NCBI RefSeq assembly: GCF_001194135.2
Contig: NC_068994.1
Coordinates: 25,846,466 to 25,880,834, forward strand
Direction: 5' to 3'
Length of the DNA stretch: 34,369 bases
Source: Octopus bimaculoides
Lineage: Eukaryota
Under the pieces are notes generated by a model. It made no database searches and had not been told where the DNA came from. It saw nothing but the letters and a program-made list of their open reading frames with translations. Shown piece after piece: positions 33,591 to 34,369 of this stretch; the stretch's first letter is position 1; every line of letters starts with the position of its first letter. The position numbers were made by a program, and so were the translations under genes.

Positions 33591-34039
33591 ATATATATAT
33601 ATCGTTTTATCGAGAACACACGACGTTGAGTGTAATGCATGTTAACCTAAAAATTTGATATTATATCCCGAGTTTCAGCCTTCACGTGTGAAACATTGAA
33701 CTGACTGTGTGTTTGTGTGCGCATGCGTGTGTGTATCTGGGGTGGGAATTTTACTTTATGTGTACGTGTGATTATGATACTGTACGAGTTGTAAAATATG
33801 AGAAGATATTTTCAATAATGCAAACAGTTTACTAACTTAATACGTTTGTATCAAAAATTAATATTCGTCTGTGTAAACATGAGATGCATACACGCATTCC
33901 ACAGGCATAGACATATATATTTATATAATGAATGTAAATACATTTATTCAAATTATCTAAGTTATTTAGACATACAAATCTATAATTATAACAATAATAT
34001 ATATATATATATAAATATAGTGAGAATTTACAAAAAAAA

Positions 34040-34369
34040 AAAATAAAACAAACAAATGATGAAGACGGGTGTGTGAACAACTAACTGATGTATTAGTTTA
34101 ACGCTCGGGAAGTGAGAAAGTCTTTTACGTTTCGAGCCTACGCTCTTCGACACAAAGGAACACAAAAATAAACAGAGATAGAAAATAGAAAAAGGTATAT
34201 TCGCTATGATAGATCGCTAGCCACTGTAACCGCGTGTGTATCGTTGGCGATTTTCTTTCTCCGTCTTCCCTTCTTTGGACTTTTTCTATATATTTGATGA
34301 AGAGCTTCGCTCGAAACGTGAAATCCTCTTTCTTTTCTTTCCTTTCCTGAGCGTCCAATAACAATGTAC
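34040..34369. mobile_element. Two related PLE-type termini joined back to back, each with a hammerhead-like motif
   Basis: Minus strand 34120-34157: CUUU-GUGUCGA-A-GAGC-GUAG-GCUC-GAAAC-GUA-AAAG. Plus strand 34290-34325: UUGAUGA-A-GAGC-UUC-GCUC-GAAAC-GUG-AAAU. The right half is homologous to 31560-31710. Confidence 0.75.

Overview
Repeat-saturated eukaryotic DNA with about 4.1 kb of N in 11 assembly gaps. The SINE families and microsatellite load resemble an octopus or other coleoid cephalopod genome, which is an inference. No intact host protein-coding gene can be supported. The window is a nest of decayed mobile elements: a Tc1 transposase relic, two Gypsy pol relics (one with its 3' LTR and PPT), several R4/Dong-like RLE-LINE pieces, RTE and CR1-like LINE fragments, two different Penelope-like (PLE) GIY-YIG fragments, many tRNA-derived SINE pieces and at least five MITE/foldback elements. 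The most interesting signal is RNA structure. There are five canonical-order minimal hammerhead ribozyme (HHR) motifs of PLE type, and one lies downstream of a tRNA/Pol III head inside a PLE 3' end. A sixth motif (9661-9720) has all three HHR core strands and matching stems in a scrambled order that fits none of types I/II/III. An 839-bp Merlin-like foldback carries head-to-head telomere-like arrays. All family assignments come from manual motif recognition, with no database search.
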